A model generated the notes under the pieces. The model did no database searches and was not told the origin of the DNA. It was given only the letters and a program-made list of their open reading frames with translations. 50,135 nucleotides of DNA. It comes from Candidatus Avispirillum sp. GTDB lineage: Bacteria; Bacillota; Clostridia; Oscillospirales; CAG-272. The position numbers and the translations under genes were made by a program. Location: NCBI GenBank assembly GCA_045545335.1, contig JAZQAS010000123.1, positions 1 through 50,135 on the forward strand, written 5' to 3'. How positions within the stretch are numbered: the first letter of the stretch is position 1; each line of letters starts with the position of its first letter. Below are positions 49,090 through 50,135 of the stretch, piece by piece.

Positions 49090-49166
49090 TGGTGGAGACA
49101 ACTGGGATCGAACCAGTGACCCCTTGCATGTCAAGCAAGTACTCTAACCAGCTGAGCTATGCCTCC
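49090..49166 (-). tRNA. tRNA-Val (GAC)
   Basis: GGAGGCATAGCTCAG...CTTGC-TT-GAC-AT-GCAAG...GTTCGATC...CTCCACCA; TTGACA-N17-TATAAT promoter at 49180-49208. Confidence 0.95.
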
Positions 49167-49246
49167 ATGAACAGTTTATATTATATACTGATAAGAACGT
49201 TTTGTCAAGTGGATTATTAAAATATATTATAACCTGATTTTCAATA

Positions 49247-49275
49247 AAAAAGCTCCACCTTTCGGGTGGAGCTTT
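49247..49275 (-). terminator. gap terminator
   Basis: AAAAAGCTCCACC-TTTCG-GGTGGAGCTTT. Confidence 0.8.
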
Positions 49276-49289
49276 CAGATAAGCTTTGA

Positions 49290-50088
49290 TTAGTTGAGCT
49301 CTGCGAAGTACTTGATTGTACGAACCATCTGGCTTGTGTAGGAGTTCTCGTTGTCGTACCAAGAAACAACCTGAACCTGATAGGTATCGTCGTCGATCTT
49401 AGCTACCATTGTCTGAGTAGCATCGAAGAGAGAGCCGTAACGCATGCCGATAACGTCAGAAGAAACGATGTCCTCTTCGTTGTAGCCGAAGGAATCAGAA
49501 GCAGCAGCCTTCATAGCAGCGTTGATGCCGTCCTTAGTAACGTTCTCGCCCTTAACAACTGCAACGAGGATAGTTGTGGAACCTGTGCAGGTGGGAACTC
49601 TCTGAGCAGAGCCGATGAGCTTGCCGTTGAGCTCGGGGATAACGAGGCCGATAGCCTTAGCAGCGCCTGTGGAGTTGGGAACGATGTTCTGAGCGCCTGC
49701 ACGAGCTCTTCTGAGGTCACCCTTTCTGTGGGGGCCGTCGAGGATCATCTGGTCACCTGTGTAAGCGTGAACAGTTGTCATGATACCGCTCTGGATAGCA
49801 GCGTAGTCGTTAAGAGCCTTAGCCATAGGAGCGAGGCAGTTTGTTGTGCAGGATGCAGCAGAGATGATAACGTCGTCTGCAGTAAGTGTATTCTCGTTAA
49901 CAGAGTAAACGATTGTCTTGAGGTCGTTGCCTGCGGGAGCAGAGATTACAACCTTCTTAGCGCCTGCTTCGATGTGAGCCATGGACTTGTCCTTGGAGCA
50001 GTAGAAGCCTGTGCACTCGAGAACAACGTCAACGCCGAGCTCGCCCCAGGGGCAATCCTTAGCGTCCTTGCAAGCGTAGATCTTGATC
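49290..50088 (-). CDS. gap: Glyceraldehyde-3-phosphate dehydrogenase type I, 5'-truncated
   Basis: [44 protein letters not shown]; the ORF-track start lies inside adapter sequence. Confidence 0.96.
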
Positions 50089-50135
50089 AAGTCGGAGGCC
50101 AAGCGGTCTTAGGAAGACAAAAGCTCCTGACAACT
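50089..50135 (+). other. Untrimmed MGI/DNBSEQ adapter with 10-nt barcode
   Basis: AAGTCGGAGGCCAAGCGGTCTTAGGAAGACAA-[AAGCTCCTGA]-CAACT. Confidence 0.93.

Overview
A 50 kb contig from a spore-forming clostridial (Bacillota) genome, with MGI/DNBSEQ adapter remnants at both ends. The backbone is housekeeping: yqeK'-LCP-LCP-rsfS-leuS-rpsU, a 2-hydroxyacid dehydrogenase, spoIIR, tRNA-Met/tRNA-Glu, an ABC exporter pair, dgt-dnaG-rpoD, a T-box-controlled TIM-barrel/acyl-CoA ligase fusion, glycerate kinase, moxR-DUF58-transglutaminase-mrnC, perR-rbr, a dockerin/DUF4838 protein, tRNA-Val and gap'. The main accessory feature is a ~13.2 kb phage-satellite-like island (8418-21635) inserted into the loop of a terminator hairpin behind a duplicated tRNA-Glu 3' end. 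It encodes a large serine recombinase with TnpW, an NrS-1-type primase-polymerase/SF3 helicase with a likely origin hairpin, and one HK97-type capsid gene without terminase or portal, bracketed by two inverted cos-like sites. Its defence operon holds a BbvI-like type IIS R-M system, a second C5 MTase and Kiwa in reversed order. The most unusual signal is ten tandem, sequence-diverse units directly upstream of the primase, with a fixed CAAAAC-N14-CGT(A)/CAGT geometry and RBS-like tails. They look like a bank of alternative-sigma promoters that could let the satellite sense several helper elements; this is inference. Three nested GTAG-REP composites and a branched hairpin array also occur. All protein family calls come from motif recognition, not database searches.
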